Origin: a virus
Strand: one strand, 5' to 3'
DNA: 64,000 nt
Virus record (IMG/VR): IMGVR_UViG_3300045988_080502
Span: 1-64,000 of that record
Made by a program: the position numbers and the translations under genes. This document shows, one piece after another, positions 50,604-63,092 of the stretch (positions are counted from its first letter, which is position 1; the number at the start of each line of letters is the position of its first letter). The notes under the pieces are model-generated. The model was given only the letters and a program-made list of their open reading frames with translations, made no database searches and was not told where the DNA came from.

Positions 50604-50921
50604 TTATTTCTTCGGTTTACGCTTTTGCACAAGCGTCAACTCGAAACTATCCCCACCAATAGAAAACGCAATCTGTCTTTCCTTGTTAGTAATAGACAAG
50701 TCAGCGATAGAGAATTGACTGTTTTTTTCTAAAAACTCTGCCAATTCCGCAATTATACCGCCTTTCGTGGCGTTTGGCTTGCGTTGCCGTGTAGTGAACT
50801 TATATGCGGTTGGCTGTTTGCGCGTTCCAGCATGGGCAAACTTTTGAGCGATTTTCGCCTTTTCTGGCGGTAAATCGTATTCAGTCTTTTTATCAGCCTC
50901 TACCGCCTTATCATAGGCCAA
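50604..50921 (-). CDS. hypothetical protein
   Basis: ORF; GC-rich hairpin terminator at 50574-50600. Confidence 0.4.
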   Translation of the reverse strand: MAYDKAVEADKKTEYDLPPEKAKIAQKFAHAGTRKQPTAYKFTTRQRKPNATKGGIIAELAEFLEKNSQFSIADLSITNKERQIAFSIGGDSFELTLVQKRKPKK

Positions 50922-51026
50922 TAAATCTGCCTCCTCTTCCGGCGTTAATTGCAGGGCTTTATACCTTGCAATCCGTTCAGCGTCACTAATGCGACTGGAT
51001 ATAATATCACCCCCATATTATAAGTT

Positions 51027-51051
51027 AGGGCGGGGATTTTCACCCCGCCCT
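51027..51051 (-). terminator. intrinsic terminator
   Basis: 9-bp GC stem agggcgggg/ccccgccct immediately downstream of 51060..51470. Confidence 0.6.
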
Positions 51052-51059
51052 ATACGGGG

Positions 51060-51470
51060 TTACGCCATCTTAAAGAGGGACTTGCCCTTCTTCTCCGTGC
51101 AGACCACTCGACCATCAAGTTTCAACTGCCGCGCAAGGGCGGCGACCTTCTGGTTAGAATAGGCCGTCAGATCAGGAATAGCCTTGAAAATTTCCGTGCA
51201 GGTCACGCCATCGGTATCGGCATCCAGACCAGCCAGATACTCCATAATCTGCTCCTTAAAATTCTCATTCTCCTGCTGGGTGGGAGTCAGCTTCTTATCA
51301 CCGCTGGAGCTATTCTTCTTACGCAGAAGCTCCAGCTCATGGTCAATGACAGTAATAGCCACCTCGATGGTAGTGCCATACTTTACCTCGCCGTCAGTCA
51401 AGAGGGCCTTAATGTCCTCAAAACGCTGGGCCTTAGTAATGCGGATTTTCTTCTCGTCCATAATATACAT
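51060..51470 (-). CDS. hypothetical protein
   Basis: ORF. Confidence 0.4.
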   Translation of the reverse strand: MYIMDEKKIRITKAQRFEDIKALLTDGEVKYGTTIEVAITVIDHELELLRKKNSSSGDKKLTPTQQENENFKEQIMEYLAGLDADTDGVTCTEIFKAIPDLTAYSNQKVAALARQLKLDGRVVCTEKKGKSLFKMA

Positions 51471-52199
51471 CCTTTCTGGTTTTTAGGACTGTCCTTGTCC
51501 TTTGATTATATTGTACCACACTATTTGGTACTTGTCAAGAGGTTTTTCAAACTTTTTTCAAGAACTTTTGCCCTTTACTTGTTTGCCCTCTCAACCTCCC
51601 TTATAGTGTAACACACTTTGGAAAGTTTGTCAAGCCCTTTTTATTTAATTTTCAAGGTACATTGCCTTGTTTTCTGTACTTATTATAGCACATCTTCAAA
51701 GGCTTGTCAAGAGGTTTTTGAAAGATTTTTGAGAAATTCGCTGTCACTGTCTGCCGTTCGTCTCTCTCACTTTCTGAATGTATTTTACCACAAGCAAAAG
51801 CAGATTGCAAGCGTCGAATTGCACAAAAAATCGGAATTTTGGGAGAGAGTTTTTGTGCAAAATTCTGCACAAAAACGGGACGAAATTTTTGTGCAACATT
51901 ACCATTGAAAAATTCGGCCCGCGTCAGCCATCCGCGGGCCGTCGACCTTTTAGATATAAAAAAAATAAGAGGGCTGTAAAGCCCTCTTAAATATCAATCA
52001 TATAACTATAAACCATATCCCAAAGCGGCATATCATCCAGAAGGATATTTACAGTCAAAAGTCCGGTTTCTGTCGGCCCATCAACAAACCATCCCAGCCG
52101 CTGCATAAGGTGAATAACCTCATAGACATAATCGGGGTCAAGATGGTTAGTGGTAAACTGTCTTGAAAACATTTCTTTTCCTTTCTATCGGGCGGGGCT

Positions 52200-52991
52200 T
52201 TAAGCCCCTACCCGAATTGTCGGATTATTTTTCAAACTTGCGGAAAGTTGACGCTGAAAATCTGTCATAGGCGGAAACGCTCTTTTATTCTCATACAGGG
52301 ACTTTCTCATGGGCTTATGTTGGCGCATACAATACCACATGATTTCCGCCTCAATGAGAACATCCTCAAGCCCCGTATGACTTTCTTCAAAATCGGTATT
52401 GCCGGAGATAAACCGCCACACGATTTCCGCAGTCTTGCGGGGGACACCATTAGCCTGGACATATCCGTTTTCCTGACAGAATTTCTTATAAGTGGGCATA
52501 TTGCAGATAACATCCTGTGTCATCTTCATAATATCCCAAATCTCCACGCTGTCAAACGGGAACCAATAACGCCACTTGGAGTAGGTCACATAACGCTGTG
52601 TAACTCTCAAGGCATTATCGTCAAATCTGGCATTATAAGCCGCAACTTCCTTAATGCCGTATCGCTCAATGGTATTGAGCATAGCTTGGCGGATTTCATA
52701 AGTGGTAGCCATTTTACGAGTGCCGGCCCGCAGTTCCTCAATATAGCGGGGAATTTTCCAATTATAATAAGCAGTCCGCATGAGATCCCGCTCATCGTTG
52801 AAAATGTCCCTATTTACAAAACTGGCAGTTTCATAAATATTGCCCTTGGTATCCACTACCGCCCATCCGCAATCATAGACAAGAACGCAACTCATATCCA
52901 TGCGGGCTTTGCCGTTTTCGTCAGTTTCAGTCAGTGTGTTAGCAGTTTCAGTATCAACCACCAAAACATAGTGTCTACGCTTATCAATCAT
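52200..52991 (-). CDS. DEDDh 3'-5' exonuclease
   Basis: YVLVVDTETANT (Exo I) and ESHTGLEDV (Exo III, H-x4-D). Confidence 0.7.
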   Translation of the reverse strand: MIDKRRHYVLVVDTETANTLTETDENGKARMDMSCVLVYDCGWAVVDTKGNIYETASFVNRDIFNDERDLMRTAYYNWKIPRYIEELRAGTRKMATTYEIRQAMLNTIERYGIKEVAAYNARFDDNALRVTQRYVTYSKWRYWFPFDSVEIWDIMKMTQDVICNMPTYKKFCQENGYVQANGVPRKTAEIVWRFISGNTDFEESHTGLEDVLIEAEIMWYCMRQHKPMRKSLYENKRAFPPMTDFQRQLSASLKNNPTIRVGA

Positions 52992-53607
52992 AATCTTTGA
53001 CTTCCTTTCCTCTTGTTGAGTTTATTATAGCACATATCATGCTTGATGTCAAGAGGAAAAGGAAATTTTTATTGCGATTTACTGCAAGCTACTGGGCATT
53101 AGAACGGCCTATTCTAACGGCGTTCACTCGACTTACGACACAATATAAATTTACTTCCTTTACTTTCTAAGAGTTCGCGACCTCTTGATTTCTTGGCCTT
53201 CCCCTCTTGACAAATATATAATACCATACTTTCGGGATAATTACAAGATGGCAAATTGCACAAAATTTGCAAGCCAAAATTGTGCAACATCGACAAAAAC
53301 AAAAACTCGGCTCGCCGCGTGCGCCAGCGAGCCGCCCAAACGATATTAAAGAGTAAAAATAAGAGGGCCGAAGCCCTCTTAATATCCAAGATATTCTTTA
53401 TTGATAATCTCGTCAAGCCAATAGCTCAAATCTTCAAGCGAAATATCGTCATCAATTTCATTGTCGGCCATAACCTGATCAATTTGACCAATGAGAATGG
53501 ACGCATTTTTCAATACTTGTCGCTCTTCCTCGCTGAGGATAAGCCTATTAACCTTTCTAATCTTCATTTACAAAACTTCCTTTCTTATTTTAAGATTGAC
53601 TGGTGGA

Positions 53608-54072
53608 TTACTCTACCAGTCGCCATAAGGCCGTAGGTAAATCTTCATGTGGCTCGATTGTTTCCCCTAAATGCCAGCCATCCCGCACACTTTTATTATC
53701 ATCAATCAAAATGAAATTGCTAATTCCCGGCTCAAAGTGTTTCCGCACACAATTTGCTTTTGTTGTGCCATATTCCACAAGGTGGACTTTATGTGCGGGG
53801 AAGTTGTATTTTGCAAGCCAAGTGCGCTTTGCATCACGAACAGCAGTTTTATATGAGTTAGAACTGTCTTTTGCAAGCCAACTGATAACCCGAATTTCCC
53901 AGCCCTGCTCAATGAGTTTATTAAGAACGGTATTCAATTCTTCTATATCGCAAAGAGGTTTGGCGACTGTATATGGATAGGGATTTTCATTCATTAAATC
54001 TTTTAACCAATCATCCACGCCGTACAGGTCAGCGATTGTTCCATCCATATCAAAGCAGAGCATCTTTTTCAT
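53608..54072 (-). CDS. HAD-superfamily phosphatase (5'-nucleotidase-like)
   Basis: N-terminal DMDGT motif. Confidence 0.6.
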   Translation of the reverse strand: MKKMLCFDMDGTIADLYGVDDWLKDLMNENPYPYTVAKPLCDIEELNTVLNKLIEQGWEIRVISWLAKDSSNSYKTAVRDAKRTWLAKYNFPAHKVHLVEYGTTKANCVRKHFEPGISNFILIDDNKSVRDGWHLGETIEPHEDLPTALWRLVE

Positions 54073-54304
54073 TTTGATTTACTTCCTTTCTTTAGGTTGA
54101 TTAAAGTATATCAGATTTCGGGATAGAAAACAAGAGGCAAACTGCACAAAATTTCGGCTGGAAAATTGTGCAACTTCTACAAAAGAGAAAATTCCGGCCG
54201 CGCCTGTGGTGCACGGCCGGGCGAACGAATAAAAAAAAAGAACCTCCTGAATTTCAGGAGGTCATTAATTTCTGCATACCAACAACTCCCTTTCTTTTGA
54301 GAAG

Positions 54305-54538
54305 TCAATCGGCATTTTCAACAATCTTTAATCCGTTTGCTTGGATAATTTTCATAGCTTCTTCAAGCGAGGAATCAACCGATCCGCAGTCAATACAGAT
54401 ATATTTTCTACCATCTTTTACCATAGTAGTAAAATAGTATTCCTAACCGGAAGTAAGTCCCATTTGTTCACGCAAGCGAATCGGAATCATAATTCTACCA
54501 CTTGAATCTAATTTGCGAGAGAAAGTAGTTTCTTGCAT
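54305..54538 (-). CDS. AbrB/SpoVT-family DNA-binding protein with 1 TAG (54443-54445)
   Basis: MQETTFSRKLDSSGRIMIPIRLREQMGLTSGQEYY...; 78 codons verified against the sequence. Confidence 0.55.
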
Positions 54539-56646
54539 TTTGATAAATAAATTCTAGTGACCTAGGCTCGTGCGAAAAACGACTCCATCACGGGAATCGC
54601 CGATTTAGAACAATCGGAAGGAACATTTACCACTCGCAAGGCATTTTCTGGCAGAACTGAGACATAGGGTAATTTTTACAAGAATCCTAGTTCAAACAGA
54701 ACTCCAAAATAACCGCGAGTGCTTTCAGCACTTCTAAGGTCATTAGAAAAACTCCTTTCTTTATTTTTCTATAATTATTATAATATATTTTTTTGAAAAA
54801 ATCAATAGGGCCGGCATTACGCCAGCCCTAATCTCTGTAACCAAACCAGATGGTATTTACCAATGTGAAGTAGAACTGTGCCATATCCCTTATTTGTCCA
54901 AACAGTGGAACCGATAGGATATGTATGCGGTAAACGCTCAATACTCACTTTAGTTCCACCTCCTCGAAAGCTCCAATTTTTAGCAGATAATTATATAAGG
55001 CTCTATCTTGTTTTTCGCCGGTATTAAAATCAAGAGTACGAACACAGCCGGTAACATTGGAATTAAGAGGATGATTCAAACACCAACCAGCCATATTACA
55101 AATTGTGTCTCCAAACTCCGCAGATTTTTCTACACTTTCAAATTTAATAACAGCAATCATATTTATTCCTCCTTTTTATCATGGGGAGTGGAGGTTTGTG
55201 GCCTCCACTCCCGCAAGTTTTCTTAATCATCTACATAAATGATTAAATTGTTATCTCTTGCCTCAATGCCGGTTACCTGAAGTCCTAGAACCCATTCCTT
55301 AGATACCTCGATTACGTCTCCTCCCAGAGTTATTCTACCATCAGGTAATTCATGGTAATGAGCTTGGGTATTCTTATTGATAATTTCAAATCCCTCCCCG
55401 TCAAAGAACATAGTATCTTCTGCAAGCGGAGAAAGTAACCAAGCAACCATATCTAAAGTCATTTTTTTTACTTCCTTTCAAATTCTTTTTGTGGCCTGTC
55501 CCTTTGGACAAGTATATAATAACACATGGCAAAAGGAATGTCAAGTAATTTCGGGAGAAAAACTTTCGTCGAATTGCACAGACTTTCGGTCATATAATTG
55601 TTGAAATTGCCGAATAAATAAAAATTCGGGCCGCGGCGCACGCTGGCGGCCCGGCGAAAAGTCAATATGGAAAAGTGCATAAAAATGACTGGCAATCTTT
55701 GTGTAGATTGCCAGTCAAGTATTATTCCTTTACAGCTCCATGGTTTCCATGAGATAGCCCGTGCCCATCGGCACCTCCCGCAGATTGCTGGGACTTATAC
55801 GCAACTTATATTTCCTATTGATTTTATTCGCCGCACTTGTCTTATCTCTTGCTTGGACAATTACTGGTATATGGAGTTTATTCAGAGTGGGCTTATTAAG
55901 ACTGAAATATCCCATCTCTCTGCGCTTGCGGCCCATGGCGTCGATATAAGTCCCTCTATACATTTTTTTCCTCCTATTATTTAGTCATGAGAACGAACAT
56001 ATTATATTCGCTGTGCTGTGGGTTTGGCTCACAGTTATCCGCCACTATATCAGCCCAACTAAGAACTGCCCAGAGTAGGAGAGCGGCACAAATGCCGCCT
56101 CCTATCCGCTTAATAATTCTCATTTCCATTTCTTTGCCTCCTGTTCTTTAACCCATTCAGTACCGATTGTATCTCCGACCATAGCAACCTTATATTCGTC
56201 TTCGCTTGCAATTCTGGTATGCAGATTGCTATTGATAAACTTTCTATTGATATAAGCCCAGTGTGGCATATAGGCCACTCGCATGGCATTAAAAGCATCC
56301 AGGTCTAAGATGATGCCGTCCTCTACCTCTGCGGAACGCACATTCATCTTATACCGCAAAAGTTTAATAAATTCACGCTTTCTAAAAGTAGGCCCAACGA
56401 ACCACTTAATATAATTGTTCATAGTCTTTTATCCTTTCTCCCCGTATAGCCGTTAGGTCAGCTTCTTTTTAATCTACGATTTCTCCACTGGATAAATCTA
56501 CAATCCAATGATTGGGATTGACTATCTCGTGACTGGCTTTCCATCTTGCCATTGAAAGGGTGGATGGTTCATAATAGCGCATTTTCTCATTGGCTAAAAC
56601 CTGTAATTGATACATATAGTATACCCCTTTCTTTTAATTATTATAA

Positions 56647-56678
56647 CCCTGCCTTGCCTTGTGTTTTGCAAGGCAGGG
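56647..56678 (-). terminator. intrinsic terminator
   Basis: ccctgccttgc/gcaaggcaggg 11-bp stem downstream of 56690..57127. Confidence 0.55.
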
Positions 56679-56689
56679 TTTATAAACTG

Positions 56690-57127
56690 TTATCCTCTAA
56701 TTTCTTCTTCTTGGGTCTTTGTCGCCCAATCAAAAGAGGTACGAATATCGGAAGGTCTGCGGAATTGCTCTGCTTCGGCTTCCGTTCCACCTAATGCCAT
56801 AGCATAGGCTTTCCAGTCAACCGTTCCTTTTGCGGTAGTTTCTTTATATACCACCGCTTTCGCCTTACCCTGCATTTGTACCGTGCCATATAGATAACTT
56901 GTTTTGTCCGTAGCCTTAAAAGCCTTACCTAATCTGGAGAATAGCTCTTTAGCCTTAGCCTTAGCTGCTTTCTCCGCCGCCTCCGCCGCAGACTTAGCCA
57001 TCTTAGCGGCCATATACTCCATAATAATGGCTCGATCTTCATTGGTAAAATCAATCTTTTTCATACTCTTTTGACTCCCTTTCTTTTTGTGGTGTGGTTC
57101 TCTTTTGTTCTGTCTGTATTGTATCAA
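56690..57127 (-). CDS. hypothetical protein
   Basis: ORF. Confidence 0.4.
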   Translation of the reverse strand: MIQYRQNKREPHHKKKGSQKSMKKIDFTNEDRAIIMEYMAAKMAKSAAEAAEKAAKAKAKELFSRLGKAFKATDKTSYLYGTVQMQGKAKAVVYKETTAKGTVDWKAYAMALGGTEAEAEQFRRPSDIRTSFDWATKTQEEEIRG

Positions 57128-57868
57128 ACCTTTAGCAGTTTGTCAATACCTTTTTTGAAATTTTTTAATTTTCAAAGTGCCGTGCTTTTGTCTCTGTCCT
57201 ACTGGACAAGTCCAGTTTACCACCAAAACGCTCACTTGTCAATAGTTTTTTTGAAATTTCTTTCTCTCTCTTTTGCACAAAATAAATAACATCTTGTTGT
57301 GCAGTTTGCACAAACCCTTTACGCGCGCGTATTCCTTTAGGGGCGTGCTTTCTTGCTTTCGTACTTTAACGAGTGAAAGAGGCCAACTACACTTCAATAC
57401 TTTACCATGTGAAAGAGGGGCGTGTATTTTGGGAAAAACTGGAAATTTTTTTGTAAAATCGTTCTGCCACGCCATTTCAAAATCTAAATCGACTTTTCAA
57501 TCTCAATAACGAAAAAGAGAGAAGAACTCACTTCTTCTCTCCGCATTTACACTTCTTTTTTAAATTATATATAATATGATCTTCTACTTTGTAAATTGGA
57601 TATAATTCTCCACAGACTGCGCATATATTATAATAATGCTTGCCGTCAAACCATACTAATACTTTATCCATCGTCGGTTGCCTCAAAACTAAAAATCAAA
57701 TTATATCCATCCTCAGTTTCTATCGTTTCATATCCTTTTAAGATATATCCATCCTCTAGTTTAATATTAATCGCATCAGATCTCCACATTGTAGGAATAT
57801 ACTCTAGCCTTGGATAACGATTGTTCTCCTCCACGCAAGCAGTCAACAATAGTAAAATCAAAACTATA

Positions 57869-58306
57869 TTAATTATAAAGCTGATACTTCTTCCCAATTT
57901 TGTCAATTTCTTCCGCCTCCATTGGCCTAAATCCAATACACGTCAAAGTCCCTTCCGGGCCTTCGCGTTCTAACTCTGTTCTACAAGCATCATAGATAAG
58001 CCAATAATCCTTATTCTCTTCCCATCCTAATTCTTCTGCTATCTTAACAGCCTTTAACAAATCATTCTTATTCTTCGCTCTACAAACTACTTTGGTCTCC
58101 GCTTCCGCTATCCAATTATGGAATAAGTCTCTATCGAGGCTTATTCCTATATGATACATAAGACCGTCTCTTTCTTTAACAACTTCTTTACTTCCCCAAT
58201 ATAACTTTTCCAAAAGAAAAGCAATAGAAGCATGGGAAACTTGTGCGGCAAGTTTCCCTGGAGACATATTTAAGTCTCGCCTCGCAATAATTAATTGCTT
58301 GAACAT
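57869..58306 (-). CDS. peptidyl-tRNA hydrolase, PTH2 family
   Basis: RRDLNMSPGKLAAQVSHAS matches the Pth2 signature. Confidence 0.7.
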   Translation of the reverse strand: MFKQLIIARRDLNMSPGKLAAQVSHASIAFLLEKLYWGSKEVVKERDGLMYHIGISLDRDLFHNWIAEAETKVVCRAKNKNDLLKAVKIAEELGWEENKDYWLIYDACRTELEREGPEGTLTCIGFRPMEAEEIDKIGKKYQLYN

Positions 58307-59121
58307 TTTTCCAAAACCTCCAAGAAAATTCTAAAATTGCGGGAATTGCGGTTTGGAATCGCAAAATAGATATTTGGAATATTATAATTGCGGGCTGCGT
58401 TTACGAGCAAGGTGGCGACCGTTGATGGATCTTGCATAAAAACACCACAGCCCCAGGCTCCCGCGATTAAATTTTCCACTCCCTTAACCTCGGCAATTCG
58501 ATACATAAAATTAATTCTCTCTTCCATTATCCTATTGTTTAGAGAAAGAGGAACTTGCTGATAAGTATGTGCTGTTCTATAATTAGGAGAAGCACAAGTA
58601 ATTACATCAGCTAATTTTCTACTATCGTCTTTTTCAAAGACTACATCAGGAGTATAGATAGCTCTATCAAGATATAGGGCTCGATTCAGTCTCTGTCTAT
58701 TCCATGCGTAATAAGTATCATCAAAAGCAAGAAGAATAGGATAAAGGTTGCTTTCGTGACACAATGCCTCTTCTTGTGCAGAGCTACCTCCAAGGAAATA
58801 ACCACCTGGATGTTTATAGCTTGCATAATTTAAGATCGCAGTCTTGCTCCGATCGGTTAAACCGAATAGGCAGGATACACTATCTTGGTCTTTAAGATAA
58901 AAGGTATTATGGTGGGTTTCTCGCGGTTTTTGCGGAAAAGGAAGATTGGGGCCAAAAATTTCAGAGTTTATAATTGCGCGATCTGTATCTTCCCTGAGTC
59001 TCACTTTAATGTCTGCGTAATGCGATTGCGCGTGTTGTTTGAGCTCTTCTCGTTTCATTGCAGTTTCCTTTCTTCCGTGCGGTTGGGCAGAAGTGGATAA
59101 TTTAATTATCCCAATCTTCAA
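58291..59121 (-). CDS. macrodomain protein, bacterial-type PARG-like (DUF2263-like)
   Basis: GGYFLGGSSAQEEALCHESNLY and AGAWGCGVF motifs. Confidence 0.6.
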   Translation of the reverse strand: MKIGIIKLSTSAQPHGRKETAMKREELKQHAQSHYADIKVRLREDTDRAIINSEIFGPNLPFPQKPRETHHNTFYLKDQDSVSCLFGLTDRSKTAILNYASYKHPGGYFLGGSSAQEEALCHESNLYPILLAFDDTYYAWNRQRLNRALYLDRAIYTPDVVFEKDDSRKLADVITCASPNYRTAHTYQQVPLSLNNRIMEERINFMYRIAEVKGVENLIAGAWGCGVFMQDPSTVATLLVNAARNYNIPNIYFAIPNRNSRNFRIFLEVLEKCSSN

Positions 59122-59659
59122 ATAAAGTGTGTAAACTATTTGTTTCCGCCGCTAATCTCTTTAAATATTCTTTAAGCATTTTATTTTCTTTAACTTTAAT
59201 TGCATAATCGCAAGTATTGTCGCAGTCTGGTGTGTACTACCGACCGAATCTATTATAACAATAATCAATGCAAGGACACATTTTACTCATATTTACACCC
59301 ATTCATTCTACAGTCTATTGTGCATTGCCCTGACGCTCCTTCACAAGGAATAGCATCAGGATAGTATTCAAAATAAGACGAGGTTAATAGAACTTCATAT
59401 CCAAGTTCCCGCAGTATTCTTTCTGCGACATATCTATCTCTTAATTTAATCCATTCTTCTCTATTTACTTTTGTTTCTTCATATATTTTTCGAGATTCTT
59501 CCATATCTATTGTTATGATACCATCGGTGTTAGTTTTAAATACTGAAGGACTTTGTGTATGATAAAATTTTCGAAAGGGATTGTTAATATGAAGAACTTC
59601 TTCAGCATATTTGTCAAAATCTCCCGAAAATTTCATTATCTTTGCGCCTGTTTCGCTAA

Positions 59660-60421
59660 CTATAAACAATTTTTCATCAACCCCAATCTTGTTAATAGAC
59701 CTACTCCTCCGGGGACAGGAGTTGACCATACATTATTTCTTTTTGCAATTTCATCAATTTCTACAAAGTCTCCAAGAATAATTCCTGCTTCATTTCTGCG
59801 AATACCAACATCTATAACAATAGCGTTAGGACAGGCTTCTCTTGTTAAGCTAAATTTTCCTACCGCAGAGACAATTAAATCTGCTTGCCTTGTTAAATAG
59901 AGTTTTGTATTTATATCTGTTTTGCTATGACATACTGATACGGTCATATTTCTATCCAGTAGAGCTTTAGCCATTGGCTTTCCTACAATATCGCTTCTTC
60001 CCAAAATAACAGCAGATTTACCTTCGTAGTTAAAACCACATTCATCCAAATAGTCTATAATTCCTCTTACTGTTGCTGGAGTAATATTGCTCATAGGATT
60101 TAAACCATCCGCATCTTTAGAGATAGGTATTTGACTATAATTGAAATCAATTCCATTTGCTACTGGCATTTGAACTATTACCGCATCCCAGTCTTTCGCA
60201 TGGCCTAAGAGTAATCTTAACTCTACTGAACTATTCGCTCTAAACACTTCTGCTTCCCAACCAAGAGCATTAAAGTCTTTTATTTTATTACGAATATAAA
60301 TTTGATTTGCGGGATCCTAGGCTGTTGCGTCGATAATCATGAGTGATGGAACATTACCACTAATCTCCCGCAATTTGTTTACCTATTGTTGAAAATATTC
60401 TTTTATATTAATCTATTGCAT
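59660..60421 (-). CDS. folD: bifunctional methylene-THF dehydrogenase/cyclohydrolase FolD with 3 in-frame TAG
   Basis: ATG 60419-60421 with RBS ggagg. DPANQIYIRNK, DAVIVQMPVANGID, ILGRSDIVGKPMA, VIDVGI, TPVPGGVG. TAGs at 60413, 60383 and 60317. Confidence 0.75.
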
Positions 60422-60866
60422 CTGGATTAAGCCTCCAAGGGTCACTAGTATCGTAATCAATCATTTCATAGAAAGATATTTCATTTTCATTAACTTCTAA
60501 TACCTAGTGAGGAATACACTATACTTCATAGTCAAAATCTTTATTAATATGGTAAGAAGTATATATATGAATAGCAATAGGTCTAGGATCATTAACTCCC
60601 TAAATATCCCATAAACTTATTGCTTTATTTTGGAAGATTTCCTAAGCATACTATGGAGATATAGCAATACTGATTATTAAGATATTAAAATAATACTATG
60701 CTTTTTTCGGTAAATCTAAATATGGTTCGTCAAAGAACATTGGCAAACAAATCTCCTATCTTATTTTTTATAATTATATTATAACATTTTTAAATAAATT
60801 AATCAAATAAGATTTGACAATCTAGTTTTTTTTTGTTATTATATGAGTATAAAAGGAGATGACAGT

Positions 60867-61913
60867 ATGATAAAATTAGATTATACTATTGAGTCTCCAG
60901 AAGAACGGAAGGCGCTTGTCGAAAAAATAATCGCAGAAAATCCGAACCTTAGTTCGAGTTATTTAGAAATATTAGCAGATTATTTAGTTCTATGTATGGA
61001 AAAGCAAGAGAAGAAAGAAAAGAATATATTAACAGATAATAGAATGGCTACTGTTAATAAAAGAGAATGTTCTTTCGAAGGGCTTGCGTCATAGATGGAA
61101 AATGGCGAGGATGGCATTTATGGTTTAATGTCAGAAAATAAAAATGTTATATTTTAGCCAAAGATTTCTATTACACAGAAAGATTTAGATACTATACCAT
61201 GTTTAAAATAGTTGAGAGAAACCATTAATGTCTGGGAGGGCGCTTTAAAACGCGCTGCTGGGACAAAATAGGCATATATGATGAAAAAAGCATTAATAGA
61301 GATGCGAAAAGATTAGTATATCATTAAGCAAGCATATTAGAAACCTATTATACCATGTAAATTAACGAGATCCGTAAGAACTCATATTCCTCTTGATGAT
61401 TAGAGTTATCTTAATGGACAGGAGGTAGTAGTAAAGGGTATTTCGCTAATGGACGCCAATGTTGTTTCTGCTATTTTATGCAATTATTCAAAATTAAAAG
61501 AAGATAGTTATGATTAGTTTGAGGGAGATACATGGTATTTAATTCAATCATTTGAAGAAATATGTGATAAAGCTCTCAAAGACTTTCCAATCTATTTACG
61601 AATTGTTGAACTCAAAATTGATAAAAAGTAGAATAACGAAATATAGGAAATATTAAAAAATGAGTTTGGTAAAACATATAGCGTTGAATATATTTCTAGC
61701 CTATGGAGAAATAAGATTCCTAAACTCATTGCGGAAGAAGCTTTAGAAGATTTTTTACGTTGGTAGTATAAACAAAAAGGATACCCAATGAAAAAATGTT
61801 CTAAGTGTGGGCAATTAAAGCCAGCCCATAATCAATTCTTTTCAAAGAATAAGACAAGTAAGGATAATTTGTATAGTATCTGTAAGCGCTGTCGCAATAA
61901 GAAAAGAGGTTGA
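60867..61913 (+). CDS. hypothetical protein, 349 codons with 12 in-frame TAG; C-terminal zinc ribbon
   Basis: RBS aaggag. Single frame open to TGA 61911 apart from TAGs. Ends KKCSKCGQLKPAHNQFF..CKRCRNKKRG. Confidence 0.55.
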
Positions 61914-61919
61914 TTATAA

Positions 61920-63089
61920 ATGAGCCATTATTGTAAAAAATGTGGTAAAACTATGGATGATAAATAGTTTTATACATCAAAAAATTTAGAGAAGTATCCT
62001 CCAGATGGAAAGATGGATATTTGTAAAAAGTGTCTTACTATGCACGTAGATAACTGGGATCCAGAAACTTATAAATGGATTTTATAGGAGATTGACGTTC
62101 CATATATTAAAGAAGAATGGAATGGTTTATTGGAGAAATATGGAAAAGATCCAAAGAAAGTTACTGGATTAACTATTATTGGACGCTATTTATCTAAAAT
62201 GAAATTAAAGCAATGGAATAAATACACTTGGGCAGATACAGAAACGCTAGAGAAAGATTCCATTGATAAAAAAGTTCTTAATATGAAGGCTCAAGGATTT
62301 ACAGAAGATGAAATTCAAGAGCAGTTGTCTATTGATAGAACTCCTCCAAAACCAAAAGAATTAGAGGATGTTTAGGCCCCTGTAGGAACTCCAGAATATG
62401 AAGATCCAGAGGAAGATGATGATTTTGGTGATTAGCTAACCGAAGAAGATAAATTAGTATTACGTCTTAAATGGGGCCGCGGATATTCTTGGGAAGAAAG
62501 AGTAAGAATGGAGCAGCTTTATAATGATATGATGAGTTCTTATGATATTCAAGGAGCAGGTCATAAAGATACTCTTATTATGGTATGTAAAGCTAGTTTA
62601 AAAGCAAATTAGTTAATTGATGCTGGAGATATTGATGGCTTTTAGAAGATGCAAAAAGCCTATGATAGTTTAATGAAAAGCGGCAAATTTACGGCTGCTT
62701 AGAACAAAGGCGAATCCGGTGAATTTGTAGATTCAATAGGTGAATTAGTAGCCCTTTGTGAAAGAGAGGGTTTTATTCCTAGATATTATACGGAAGGGCC
62801 ACAAGATAAAGTAGATAGAACTCTTTAGGATTTACAGCAATATACTCATACTCTAGTTACAGAGGAAATGAATCTTGGTAATATGATCGAAGCTTCGTTA
62901 AGAGAAATAGTTAAAGACAGAGAACGCGAGGCAAATATTGATGTTGAAGATAGCGATGAGGATGAAGATTTATTTAATTACGAGCATCCAGAATTAACAG
63001 AAGAAGATTATCAAGAGTATGAAGATATGAAAGAGTCGGAAAGAGACAAAGATGAGGAAATGTTAAATAATATATTAAAGGAGGTTTAA
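61920..63089 (+). CDS. hypothetical protein (N-terminal zinc ribbon, acidic C-terminus; candidate small terminase subunit) with ~8 TAG
   Basis: Frame 61920 to TAA 63087 contains only TAG stops. Immediately upstream of TerL. Confidence 0.45.
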
Positions 63090-63092
63090 TAT

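Noticed and set aside
53114-53416. ORF 53114..53416 and ORFs 53256..53636 and 53603..53980
   Set aside because: They overlap the promoter and terminator region and the HAD phosphatase gene on the other strand. Composition and context do not support coding.
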